Assembly (NCBI GenBank): GCA_051362555.1
Contig: CM120645.1
Coordinates: forward strand, 12,648,001-12,712,000
DNA from: Lingula anatina
Taxonomy: Eukaryota; Animalia; Brachiopoda
DNA length: 64,000 nt
Direction: 5' to 3'
Positions 12,293 through 24,465 of this stretch are shown piece after piece. Position numbers and translations under genes: made by a program. Every line of letters starts with the position of its first letter. Position 1 is the first letter of the stretch. The notes beneath the pieces were generated by a model. The model did no database searches. It worked only from the letters and a program-made list of their open reading frames with translations, and had not been told where the DNA came from.

Positions 12293-13480
12293 CCACCCCA
12301 CAAACTTGTAAATCGAGGTCATCGAGCCTGATTTGATTTTTAAATCATAACAAATTTCAGTATGTCTGCTTTTTGAAATTTATATGTTTACAAAAAATAT
12401 TATTATGAGCTTTGAAAAACTGTTTTATGCAGCCATGCTTAAAACCTTTGAATATTTTATAATTACAGTTATAAAGATACTGTTAAAATATATATTTCAA
12501 AAATTCTCTTGAAGATTATCAATTATTATGGAGAATATATCATTTAGCTAAAAGGAAAAATTCATTTTGTGCCTGGTATACTTTTAAAGGATAGGGATAC
12601 ATTTGTACGTCATTGTACATGTGTGCAATTAGAACATAAAAACCTTAAGAGTCTTTAATCAGCATTCCATTCTATGTGAAGTAATGTTTTTAGCACAAGT
12701 TATCTTTTGCTCAGGCTTCCACGTTTATCAAAGGTTTTATTTGCATCATGGTTTATAAAGATGAAAACTAGTGCATTCAAGGAATAAAAGGTCTGTTTTT
12801 CACAAGAATGTCAACCTACAAGATGAGGTTGGTACTCATCACTCTCCCTAGTTGAAGTACAGCCTGATCTAGACCTGTGATTGGCTTACCCTCTCCCAGG
12901 GCGACCGATATTACAGGCATATTTTCCACCAGAAGATTGACTACATTAAGGCAGAGACATAATCTGCAAATATCTGGTGAAAAACCAATCTGTTGTCCTG
13001 GTAGAGGACATGATTGGTAAATTTCAGTGATCACTAAAGCAGGGTAGCTTTAGAGAAGGCACCTTTTTAGCAGATCGTGATACATGTATAAAATAGGAAG
13101 TAGTACCGTGTACATGCAAGTAGAACAGAAATATTGTGGCATTTGAAGTAGTGCAATTCTCTTGTCTGTTTTTTTAATGGAAGACAAAAACATTATTTAT
13201 TATAGTAGATCCAAATATATAATATAAAGATAAGCGCAAGAAAACTGGTTTTGGTTTCATAGTTTAAGTTGAAGACGTTTGCAATCAATAAAAAACAGAC
13301 ATTGATAATAAACTTTTTTTGTTTTTTCTTATTCTTCTTTTTGATGTTACATTTTATTGTGGTGTTTGCTGTCTCATTGTGTGACAGGTTTATACTTGTG
13401 TTCTCAAGCGCTCCATTGAAACCCTGAGTTAAAGAAGTCCCCAGAATATGGTACCGACAGAGACCTGTTATATTTGACAG
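10746..13480 (+). repeat. Segmental tandem duplication: 10746-13480 is paralogous to 1-2620
   Basis: Exons, introns and 3' flank align by eye (e.g. GGATAAAAGGTCTGTTTTTCATAAGAA vs GAATAAAAGGTCTGTTTTTCACAAGAA; ACCTGTTA..ACAG at both ends). Initial offset is 10745. Confidence 0.92.
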
Positions 13481-13539
13481 TGGTGGATTCTGGGGCGTGT
13501 CAGGAGGCCCTGACACCCCCCCCCCCTTAAATAATCCTG

Positions 13540-13649
13540 GGTCCGCCCCTGTGTAATAGGAGAGAAGTGGGTCGCCTGGTGCATAGATGTACTCGGTCCG
13601 CCCCTGTGTAATAGGAGAGAAGTGGGTCGCCTGGTGCATAGATGTACTC
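13540..13649. repeat. 55-bp perfect tandem duplication at the end of a CAG..CTG MITE (13478-13551)
   Basis: GGTCCGCCCCTGTGTAATAGGAGAGAAGTGGGTCGCCTGGTGCATAGATGTACTC x2. Confidence 0.9.
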
Positions 13650-14335
13650 TCCAAAACTCAGGGTGTTAGGTTTCACCCCTGATGTGTGCCCAGTAATAAC
13701 TACAGCTTACCGTACTGATAACCGTATTGGAAAAACCACACAGCTGGCTTCACAAAATTGACATTCTGGTAAAACGCCATAATTTGATTTATTTCTCTCA
13801 AAAACTTCCTCAGTTCGATCTTATAACCTGATATTTAATGGAATGATTTATCAAATATATCTGGATGAAGATATAAATGGAATAAAAAAATACCAAAAGC
13901 AAAAACTATTGTCATTGTATATCTGTTGGTTATTTATTATTATTATTATTGTCGCAGATTTTGCAAACAGGATTTAACAACGGAAATCGTACAGCTACTA
14001 AACCAAGGTAATTGGGTCCATCTCGCGTGCTCTTCATCACTAGATTACTTCACCAAAAGACCTATTTGTCGGAGTTCCAAACTGATAGCTTGAACATGGG
14101 GAGTGTGACTAGGTTTGCTGGTTAAATGGTGGTTTTTTAACATTTGCCAAGGTTTACTGGTAAAGCGTGTAGTCCGTATTCATAAATGTTTAGTAAAACA
14201 ATGTCACAAGCCATACACACTCAGTGGGCTTTGAGTATGTCTGTCTTTGTATCTGTCAAGCCTTATTATAAAAATGCCATGTAATGCAACTGAATAAATG
14301 AAAGAAACAAACAAACAAAAAACATAACTTGCATT

Positions 14336-14341
14336 TTTATT
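14336..14341 (-). terminator. Candidate APMAP polyadenylation signal
   Basis: AATAAA on the minus strand followed by a GU/U-rich tract (GTTATGTTTTTGTTTGTTTGTTTC), about 0.7 kb downstream of the stop codon. Confidence 0.5.
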
Positions 14342-15029
14342 CTAGTTATTCTGTTTACCACTTGGTGGAATATTGCCAGTTCGACATTTCAGACAGACGG
14401 ACAAACACACATTAACTAAGATGGAAATACAGTGAAGTGCTAAATCACAAAGTATTAAATACAACATATTACATAAATATTTGTCATTTTTTAAATAAAA
14501 GCTTTCACTGCTCTAGATCTGGAATCGATTTCCTTTGAGCTTTATCAAAGTATCCCCTGGTCATTTTGAGGCAGTTACTGGTACTTGCATCTGCTGGTAG
14601 ATAATCTTAGTTGCATGTAACCCAGGTAAATAAAAAGATGTGAATGTATCCTCCAGCTCGTCCGACAGCTACGCTCTTAAAATGCACCAAGGCCCGTTCA
14701 CACAAGTCTTTATTTAAAATGGATATAAGTCTAAAAAGCGCCATCAAACCAACAAGTTTAAATAACAGACATGGATTAAAATATCCGTGGTGAAAGGATA
14801 ACACCAGTGTGAATCTACTTCTGAAATTCCTGATTTATTATGATTGCTTTCTTCGTATTTTATTATAGTATTTACATACAATATTTAAACGTATTCTTAT
14901 TAGGTATCATTGTTATTTTATTTGATCATTCAAAACCATTCTTGTTGTCTGATGGCGCGCCGTAGACATTTGTTTTAAACAATTAATCGTCGGGATGTAT
15001 TTAGATCTATATAACATTCAGACATAAGC

Positions 15030-18000
15030 TTATAGCTTATCCATTGAAAGTACTCCAATGTAAGGTTGAGAAAAATGCCCAAGGAAAATCTTCCCGTCAT
15101 GTGGAAAAGCCTCTGCTACATATCCTATGACGCTACCATCTGGGTCGTGAAAACTTTGCACTATTTCTCCATTTTGGTCGATCTCAATAAACATGGCTCG
15201 CTTACTAATAAAGTAGTCATAGAGTCTCAATGGCGTTACCTGAAACATACAAACACAAGCACTTGAATTGTCTACTATAAAATATTACGGTAGAGCTTTT
15301 ATATTTTGAAAAAAAAAGTCAAGTCCTTTTACATTAACGACAAGGAAAAATAAAAAACAAATCGAATATATTTCATAACGAAATTGATGTATGTAAATAT
15401 TCAATCAAGGAGATGTATAAAAACAAGGTCAATTTCGTTAACTCATCAACATATAGTCACATTACGATTTTCAGTGCATCTTCATTGTCTTTTAACACCC
15501 CATTTCCATAGATTTTTAGGTCGATCTATCCCTGTGGGGAGTCTCACTAGATTACTGTCAGCTTGGCCGGCTTAAGCGTCTGTCCCGCCTACTAAAAGCT
15601 GTAAAGGGGTAACTAACTATGGTGCCCGCTCGGCTGACTGCAATTTAGTGTGAACCCCCAGGGAGTTAGGTCGATCTAAATCTTAATCTTTAGATCGATC
15701 TAAATCTCTGGGAAAGCACCCTAAGAGTTCAAAAACTTTTAAAACTTCAATCCAGAGTTTGCAAAGTTAAACTTTTAAGTTTAAATTTAGATTATATACT
15801 TGCACTTAATGAATGTTGGCACTTACCTTGGCAATGAACCTTTTGAGACCAGGGAAGGGGGCAGTTAAATCAACAAAAGGCCCAAACCGGCTCATCCCTT
15901 CGAACCGCAGCGCGGTCAGCCCCACGTAGAACGTCCCCTGGGGGGTCGGGTTGATGTTGTCAGGGTAGCCAGGCAAGTTCTCCGCCAGAATTTCGCGCAC
16001 ACCTGCCTTAGAACCCCTGAGGTGCAATCTGAAAGGTTCAACAAGCAAATTGACGTAAAGGGACATGAAAGCAGAGGTGTAATGGGAAAATATTTTGTCA
16101 CATTTTATTGTGTAATTTTAAGCATGTATTTGAAAGATCTAGAGCCTTAAGTTTACAACGACAGGTCTTTTGTTGTCCAGAATCTATACATTTTTTTAAA
16201 TTCCTCTCTAGTAAACCAAATGCGTTTTACAAGATTTTTCAAGTATGATTTTTTTTATTAAATTTCATTTTACTGCCGCTCTGACAAAAGTGTGGTACGA
16301 GGATATTGGCTCGTTGAAATATAGATAACAAAAATATGTTGATAATAAACAGATAAACGTAGGCTTAAGGAGCAATGAAACTTTGTCGACGCGCTTGCTC
16401 TTCGGAACCATCTAGCAGGTCAAGGAGACTTTCCTTTCTTAGACCCCATTTCCTGCGGGTTCACGCTAAATAGCTGTCAGCCGAGTGGGCACAAAAGTTA
16501 ATTACCCCCTTACAGCTTGTAGTAGGCGGGACGGACATTTAAGCCGGATTCGGACAGTAATCTAGTGAGACTCCCCGCGGGGATAGATCGATCTAAAAGC
16601 TCTGGGAATACGCCCTTAGACGCTGGGACACCACTTACTTAGTTATCCTGGCCGCGGTCATCTCGACCACCAGAACATAGCTCTGGTCACTACTGACCGC
16701 CACACCATTGGCCAAATAGAGTCCAGTTAACAGCGTCCGAACCTTTCTGGTTTTTACGTTGTATGCGAGAAGTCTGCCCATTGCATTGGTCTCTAATACC
16801 TAAAGAAAAACGTACCTTTTTTACGTGGAGTTTTACTTGAACACATTTAAATGTATTACTTATTACCTTCCCTTACATCGAATGCCAGAGTATTGGAAAC
16901 TATACTTGATCATGTCGAAAAAGATTTAATATAAACCACTGATCAATAAAATTCAGGGTGCTGTCGATTTTGTACGGCCCATACGGCCAACCTCCGCACT
17001 GACGCTGTATTAAAAGAGATGGTTTATATGTACGGGCACTATGCGGCCATCGCAAGGCAGATATAATCTAGTAAAGGCTTAAACTACAATAATGTAACAC
17101 AGAGAGGGGAAAGAAAGTTTTCAGTCCTTCTTAAAATCTTGAAATTTGTAATTGCGACCTCTTATTTCACGCGCTAGGGCCATAGCGATCACGCTATAGG
17201 CAAACCACCGTTTTGTAGCACCCACTTCCTTTAACATTCTCCTTTTTTCTTTTTTCTTTTTTTTTTCATAAAATCCGCCTTCTTTTTTTTCAGTTTTCAT
17301 ACATGACATTCATTGAAATGACAAGTATATTATTCGATGTCTCGATATAAACTCACTGCATATTTGTATTGGTTCCTCTGCCACTTAGGCGTGGAGTCCG
17401 TGAAGTAAACCACCCCGTCCTTGGACACATCCAGACCGTTCAGAAAACGAAAGGGAAGCCCCTCGGATCCTGAAATTAAACATTGGGCTGATAAGTACTA
17501 CATGTAATGATTTAAAATTGTTTACCCCATCGGTTGTGTAATTTATTATATATATATGATCTATCCATATTTGATAAGTCTTACGCGGAGTTCAGTACAC
17601 CCATTGGATTATTGTAGAAAGTGGACTGGCATTGCAAGTTGGAGTCAGAGAACGCATTCAGAACAGAGGATCCTCGGAGTAACTGATCCGCTGACTAAAT
17701 ATGGCCGACCACACTTAAAAGCAAACCGCTTAATCCCCTGATGGTCTCCCTGCCTCCACACGCGCCATTAAAACGGATTAAATCATGGCTACGAGGTTTA
17801 ATTGCAAGGCCCCGGTTTAATTGCAAGACTCCTGCAGCATATCTAGTCCGCCGATCTGTTAGTCCACGGATCAACTAATTCTGAACGCGCTCCATACACA
17901 GCGTTCAAGGTGAACCTCACAAAGATTAAAACATCACATTTCGAACTTTTGAACTTCTTATCTGACACGTGGTGCATTGTATTTTTCAAACGGGCTGGTT

Positions 18001-21000
18001 TAAACTGTATATGTTCATGTACATGTGAGATGTCTTGACCTTCGCTCAATACCAGGTCCTCGTTTTTGGTAAGGTCTCTTTTATCATCAGTTGAAAAGAG
18101 CAACACATTCATGATATGGGTTTAAAAAGATATTGATGAAGATTTGGACAGTATTTTACGCCACTAAAATTTTTGAGTAGTGAACCCTAAAGTCTTACTA
18201 TCAGAACATATAACATTTGATAGCAGGGAATGAAACGGAGGGCGACCTCAGTTGACATATATGTAAATACATAGGCGTAAGTGCCGGGGTGGAAGGTAGA
18301 GGCTAGGATCCCTCCCCTCACCCCTCAACATTTTCAGCTGCGACTGCCTAGCAGCAGGAAATCGAGGAGGCTAAGTGAAAAAAAAAACACAAATCATTCT
18401 TTTATTCTGATTATTACACCCTTATCCCCACCCACCCACCCACACACACACACATCAGGGGCGGATCCAGAGATATTTTCTGACAGTCTTCCATATTATA
18501 TTTATTGATCCATCCTCCATTTTTGACCGTCTTCCGACAGAAAAAAATAGATAACTGTCAATGTAAACTTGAAAATCTGACCGTCTTCTGGAAGACCCAG
18601 AAGACGGCCTAAATCCGCCCCTGCACATTTCTGCTTCCCATTCGCTCGAATGCTTGGCTTATCCTTGACTTCCTCGTGTGTTGGTGACCGGTCAATGACA
18701 TTTCACTATCAGAGATAGATGACCTTCTGTAACACGCAGGGACACGCAGGAATTTCGATGTATTGTGTCTTTCTCCGTCTCCCTCTATATCGTGTTACTG
18801 GCAAGGGTTGTCCGGATGGGTTTTGATATACTTTTGTTAATAACCTGAATGCTATCAATCTGATTTCAAGAACTGACAGTTATATCATTCGGACTTATAT
18901 TATTATAAGATATTATTCTTATCTTTTTTTCTCCCCCCCCCCCCCCCCCAACGAAGTTATGTCATTCCACAAGCTGAATCAAGATTGTGCATTAGGCCTA
19001 TAGGAAAAAAAATCTTCAATCATTCATTATATGCCAATAAACTCTCTTTTACAGCCCCTCATTCAAAGTAAATTTGGCAGTCCATTTTCTCAAGGTGTTT
19101 TCTTGGAAAAGAATGTGTGTGAGGCTCACAATCTCGTCTAAAGAACAGGGTATATAAAAACACGTTTGCTTCCCACAAGTACATACAAACATAAAAAAAG
19201 AAAAAAAAAAGCTTCACCAATTTGCACCGCTTTTCTATTTTTAAATCAACTTTTTTTCTAATACCACCCAATAAATCTACAACAAATTTGCCCGGTATAC
19301 TTACCATTCTCGCTCGGTACTAGCGTCTCCATCTCCTGACTGGGGAGGTTAAGGCGCATCAATCCTTGGTATGCGTCCACAAAATACAAGTGCCCGTCCG
19401 GCCCGATCTTCATTCCTTTGGGTCGACCACACATGGGCTCGTACGCCAGTGTCCCTGCACAATAATGGTGAAAGAATTATGAAATAATTGTTAAATAATG
19501 GTTAGAGAATACATGTTTTCACCTGCAGGACACGCTTGAAGTCCCAGATCTTACGGGAAAATCGTCCCTGTTACGGTTTGATGAGTTTTTTCTCGGTAAT
19601 CTCTGAAACGCAGGGTGACATCACAGAGTCAAATTGAAGGCCTCACGATTATTGCCGTCTGCGATTTTGAGCCTCAGATTAGTGAGCACGAATACCCGTA
19701 TTCACGGCTCGGATCAAGATTTCATGGTACGGACTTATAATGACTAGCCACCAACAAGAAATTGGCAAAGTTCAAAATTGTCGGTAAAAGTCCCATTAAA
19801 AACCATGCAGGTTACATTGTACAATGATTTAGTATTGTTAATGTTCTGAAAGTGACATTGGAAAGCAAGTAGAAAAAGGGCCCGCCGCCTGATGTGTTTT
19901 CAGCATTAGTTGAAATCTAAGGCCCCATTCAGAACAGGGGACTAACTAGTCCGAGGGCCAAATATGGCCGACCCACTTGAATACTTCCCCAGGGGATATC
20001 TATTCAGTGCCTATTAGCGGATTTGACGGCAAGCATTGCAGTGGGTCGCCATATTCTGAATGGCTCCCCTATTCTGAATGGAGCCTTATAAATCTGCACT
20101 CCCACGCAGAATCGTGAGAGGCCTCGAACGAGAATTTACTTACCACATTCCGTCAAATTCTGTCCAGTTCTTCCCAATTCCTCCAAGTGATTGCCGCGAA
20201 ATCGGACTAATCTACCGTCATTCAGACCTGTGTATATATAACCTAGAGAAAGGAGAAAATATATTAGTTGAATCGTAAATAATTTTAGATTTTCATATTG
20301 TATATAAAGTGTTGTACGCCATATCCATTTACTTAATTGCATTTTGTGCTGTTTGTTTTTAAGGGCGTTTCGGCAAAAGCCAGTATTAAAAAAACTAAAC
20401 CATTAGCTGCTGAAGGAAAACAGCACAATTGTTCGTCTCTGAATAAACTTTTTATGTTCATCGTCCTTCAACTTTGTTCTTTGCTATTCCTACACGCCCT
20501 TTCAGTGTATAATTTTCTTTCTGTTCACGTAATATTTTACCAACATTCAGAACAGCGGATTAACAGATCCCCGGATCAAATATGGCGACTCACTAAAAAG
20601 CTTGCCGCTTAATTCCCGATTAGACACTAAATAGATTCCACGTGAGGATTACGCAACAAGCGTACAAGTGGGTCGGTCATGGGAGATCCGCGGATATGGT
20701 AGTCCGCTGTTCTGCATGCTCTCTATCACCCCATTTCCAATCTATGGGAATAGAGCCTATGGCTCTGTTCTCACAACTTTTAGATCGATCTATCACCTCG
20801 GGGAGTCTCACTAGATTACTGTCAGATAATCCGCCTTAAGTGTCCGTCCCCGCCTACTACAAGCTATAAGGGGTAATTAACTTTCGTGTCCGCCCGGCTG
20901 ACAGCTATTTAGCGTGAACCCCCAGGGAGTTAGGTCGATCCAATGTAGGTCGATCTAATCTATGAGAATGGGGTGTATGATGTAATCCGACCGGTTTAAC

Positions 21001-21588
21001 CTGCATTCCTCTCCGTTTCTTACCGTTTTTATCCACCGTGAAGGACTCGGGTCCGGCTAATCGACCCTCAAACCACCTCTCCGCCTTCTGTAACTTGTAG
21101 TTCACTGCTAGCGCGCCCTCCAGTCGGGGAGCGGGGGGATAGCTGAATAAAAAAAATGTGGCACATGTATACACTGTTTGCTGCAACGATATTATTTTAT
21201 TCACCGTCATCTTTTGTGTTACATAATCAAAGAAATATATGTTGTGTGAGTGTATCATACTTTTTCGATATTTTTTTCAAAGTTTCATACGGCAAGCATG
21301 TGAACTGTTTACGCTCAGGACTCATCAGTTTTCTTTGAAAGTGTACAAGTATAGAAACAGTACTGTGAGTCACCGTCAGTGTCCCGAAACTGAGCATTGT
21401 AGTAAGAAGAAAAGATATTTAGAAATACAAAGCCGTGCCACCGGCAGTGATGTTAAACTCAAGGTTCACAGGGTCAGGCGTATACTCACGTGAAGGGTTC
21501 TGGCTGTATTGGCGACGGGTAAAGATACAGGGCCACGCACGCTAACACTGCCACCGTCACTGCGATAACGTAGTGTTTCTTACTCTCC
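15030..21588 (-). CDS. APMAP: Adipocyte plasma membrane-associated protein / strictosidine synthase-like beta-propeller (type II membrane protein)
   Basis: Minus-strand exons 21588-21490, 21142-21024, 20242-20144, 19454-19305, 17469-17357, 16799-16639, 16028-15827, 15239-15030 (TAA); phases consistent. N-terminal TM segment (YVIAVTVAVLACVALYLY), GPES, YTGLNDGR, EPMCGRPKG, FLNGLDV..GVVYFTDS, GRLLAY, ANGVAVS, NLPGYPDNI, SFHDPDG. Start probably in a 5' exon ending at 22775. Confidence 0.9.
15496..15721. mobile_element. Family-A MITE (PIF/Harbinger-like)
   Basis: TAA TSD; subterminal TAG(G/A)TCGATCTA motifs; homologous to 16442-16615, 20761-20975, 25442-25656. Confidence 0.85.
16442..16615. mobile_element. 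Family-A MITE (inverted, partly deleted)
   Basis: TTA TSD; interior is the reverse complement of the 15496 copy. Confidence 0.8.
17650..17892. mobile_element. Family-B MITE, long subfamily (PIF/Harbinger-like)
   Basis: TIR GCATTCAGAA...TTCTGAACGCGCTC; interior homologous to 41196-41472. Confidence 0.75.
18456..18623. mobile_element. MITE with CAG termini and 5-bp TSD
   Basis: CACAT|CAGGGGCGGAT...ATCCGCCCCTG|CACAT. Confidence 0.85.
19921..20085. mobile_element. Family-B MITE (degenerate, duplicated right end)
   Basis: GGCCCCATTCAGAACAG...ATTCTGAATGGAGCC; shares ATATGGCCGACCCACTTGAA with the other B copies. Confidence 0.7.
20544..20723. mobile_element. Family-B MITE
   Basis: Reverse-complement copy of 24281-24465. 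Confidence 0.8.
20761..20975. mobile_element. Family-A MITE
   Basis: TAT TSD; near-identical to 25442-25656. Confidence 0.88.
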
Positions 21589-22774
21589 CTAACAAAATAA
21601 TAATATATAAGAAATAATCAAGTATTATGTATTTACATGTATTTAAAATATGATCAAAAGGTATATCCGTTGCCCTGGGATAAGTATGACATGAAGTGAT
21701 TTGTGTATTTATTTGTGTTTAAAATCCAGTTTGTCACTTAAAGAGTTAATAATTGAGAACCCGAGAGTTCAACCTCTTCAACTCAGACGTGTAGAAATGA
21801 CGTTTTGTAATTTTATTTCCGTGTTTCCCCATTTATTTTCTGCGTCATTTTGAAAAAAATTTATAATAAAAAATTGCAAGTATCATCTATATCTAACTTG
21901 ACACATACATCTATATACACATCTATAACATGGAACCCATCGAACCTGCGTGACGCATGCACAGGCGTATCTCACCTGATTTTTTTGTGATCACATTATA
22001 AAAGCGGTCTGGAAATAAAGTCGGCGGATACCTAACGGAACATATGGCCAGAAAAACCACCTTTCGTTATTGGCTTTTGAGATAAAAATGTAGCTAACAT
22101 TACCGCTTCAGCATTGACCAAGTGCTGACCTGAAATAGTATACTTGGCGAGCAGCTACCTTTTGAAAAAAGTTTTGTTTGTAAACACACTACAAATACAC
22201 ACTACTAGCCAATGCGGCCTTGGGTTGCACCTAGAGCACACAGCTTTGCTTTCAGACAACAGTGTCCGCTCTGTATCTAGTATTTCGTTTTTAGGCAACA
22301 GTATCCATGTGTTTATAGTGATGCGTTTTCAGGCAATGTTCATCTTACACTATAGTGATTCGTTTTCAGACAATTTTGCACACCCGAACGTGGCAATTTC
22401 TCTTTCATTTAAACAGGTGCACTGACATTGTCCCTGGTCAGTCTGACCAGGCTGGTCTGACCGTAGACTTAAAGGTAGACGTGACCTGTATTGTCACATT
22501 TGTCGTATAGGACGGCTGAGTAAATCTATTCCAGACGTCTCTTTGTGCAGTACATTCCTCACATACGCGTACAGTCTCAGGCCCGTGGCCAGCAATTTCA
22601 AAAGGGGGGTGGGGTGGTCTTTTTCTGAAAAAGTGGACTTATTACAATAAAACCTTTGAGTATCTAGCTCAAATTTTACCCAGAATGGACCTTTTCCTGA
22701 CAAAAGGGCGGTTCTTTCGAACCCACCGACCCCCCTCCCCACCAGCTAGTCTACATTGTACATACCGTACTTAC

Positions 22775-22900
22775 ATATTTCTTACTGGATCATGTCCTAG
22801 TCGCTCTTCCCGGTGTCCTGTGCAAGAGAGTCTCCTAGCATACAGGGTTGTCAACTTTACTCTCTGCCCGCAGGGTCGCCTAGTAGTCTTTTAAAAATTA
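22775..22900 (-). other. Probable first (mostly 5'UTR) exon of APMAP supplying 'AT' of a split start codon
   Basis: Minus strand reads ...AGAAATAT|GTAAGT (donor at 22774-22773). The next exon starts with G in phase 2, giving ATG-ESKKHYV. An in-frame TAA lies upstream with no other in-frame ATG. The 5' boundary is approximate. Confidence 0.5.
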
Positions 22901-24280
22901 TTGTATCCTTCAATTTGCGTGTACTTTTAGAGGCCCCTTTGATATCAGGGGGTAGGTCCAGTTACCGTTGATTTGGACAGGTAAACCCCGTCCTAGATTT
23001 TGACCCAAGTACGTCACACTAACCCTAACCCGTACGGATTTAATAAAGGATTAACTCTGGTGCACAAACCCTCAGTTTCAAATCAACGGCTACTTTGGCA
23101 TCAGCTGTTCCTAATATTGTTGTCAAAATGGTAGTTGATAGGTCCCACTGATTTCTGTAGAGGCTGAGGTGACAAGGCGAGCTAACGAGACCCCTCGAGT
23201 TGGATACTTTGTGTAGTCCGCTGATATATAACGTATGAATATCTCAGCACAGAAACTACCTGCAGACAGTTTCTGAGTCTTCTTTTCTTGTTGTCAACCT
23301 CTAAGTAGTTTCTTGAACACTCTGGATGAAATTCCTTTTGTCAACTATAAAAAGACTTCCTCTACGGCGTGAACTTGGACGTATTGCTCCACCGCTATTG
23401 AAAGTATAGTTTTAAAGTCCGCCAAGCCCGGGTGAGCCTTGGGTCGTGGGTCATCTAAGGACAACGTTCGTTTGTTCTGCGTCCGGTGAAACAGTTTAAG
23501 AATGCCAGCTCAGGTTAAATATGTTATCAGAATACATGCAAGTTCACCCTACCTGGGTGTATTGCTTTCAGTCCCAATGTGAAAACGTGTTGGCATTACA
23601 GAGATGCTAGTGGGCCGGGCCTACGCGTGAGTTTCGGAACAATTGCTCAAACGCTCCCACTGTCTTTTTGAAATGCGTGCGGGTTGAAATGCGTGCTGCA
23701 TAACAGCCTTACGAAATGAGAAACTTGCGTAACGCAAACCTTGTGTGACACGGTTTCCTCCATTTCGTGATGGAAACGATTGTAGCCACGCCAGCTTTCG
23801 GATTTCATGAGGAGTCCTTTTAAGTTTCGTCAGTCTTGTTATGCCGATTATAACAACATTTAGTACTTATAAAGCTTTTTTTTTTCATTTATATCAGATG
23901 ACTGGTGATCGGTTTTAGGTAGATTATGTCCACGTGTACTAGCTCGTTTTTATTAGTTTTTTCAGAGCTAATTCATCTTTCATAAAGTTATTTCACATTT
24001 CCTATAAAACCATTGGCTGAATAAATTCTGTTATCTCTGAACAGGGAATTAATAAAATCCTGTTATAGGTTAAGATTAAGATAGAAAAGGGTTTGAATTA
24101 TCATAGATTTAATTGCAATCCAACCAGGTAGATAACAATGCAGTACTCAAAATATTCAGCATACAGCTGTTAATCGTTTCATAAACGCAAAAAATCACCC
24201 GACAAAAAGGAATAACATACACGATTTAGGACAACAGCGCGAACGCCATGAAAACGCGTTAACGTGCAGACCTAATCTAT

Positions 24281-24465
24281 GAGTGCGTTCAGAACAGCGC
24301 ACTAACAGATCCGCGGATCAAACATGGCCGATTCACTTGAATGCTTGTTGCGTAATCCCTGCGGGAATTCTATTCGGTGTCAAATCAGGAATTAAGCGGC
24401 AAGCTTTTTAGTGGGTCGCCATATTTGATCCGGGGATCTGTTAGTCCGCTGTTCTGAATGCACTC
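24281..24465. mobile_element. Family-B MITE (PIF/Harbinger-like)
   Basis: TAT|GAGTGCGTTCAGAACAGCGCACTAACAGATCC...GGATCTGTTAGTCCGCTGTTCTGAATGCACTC|TAT; imperfect TIRs of about 55 bp. Confidence 0.9.

Noticed and set aside
23019-23031. Telomere-like CTAACCCTAACCC (also near 655 and 11410)
   Set aside because: Only two units, internal to MITE-like elements; not an interstitial telomere.
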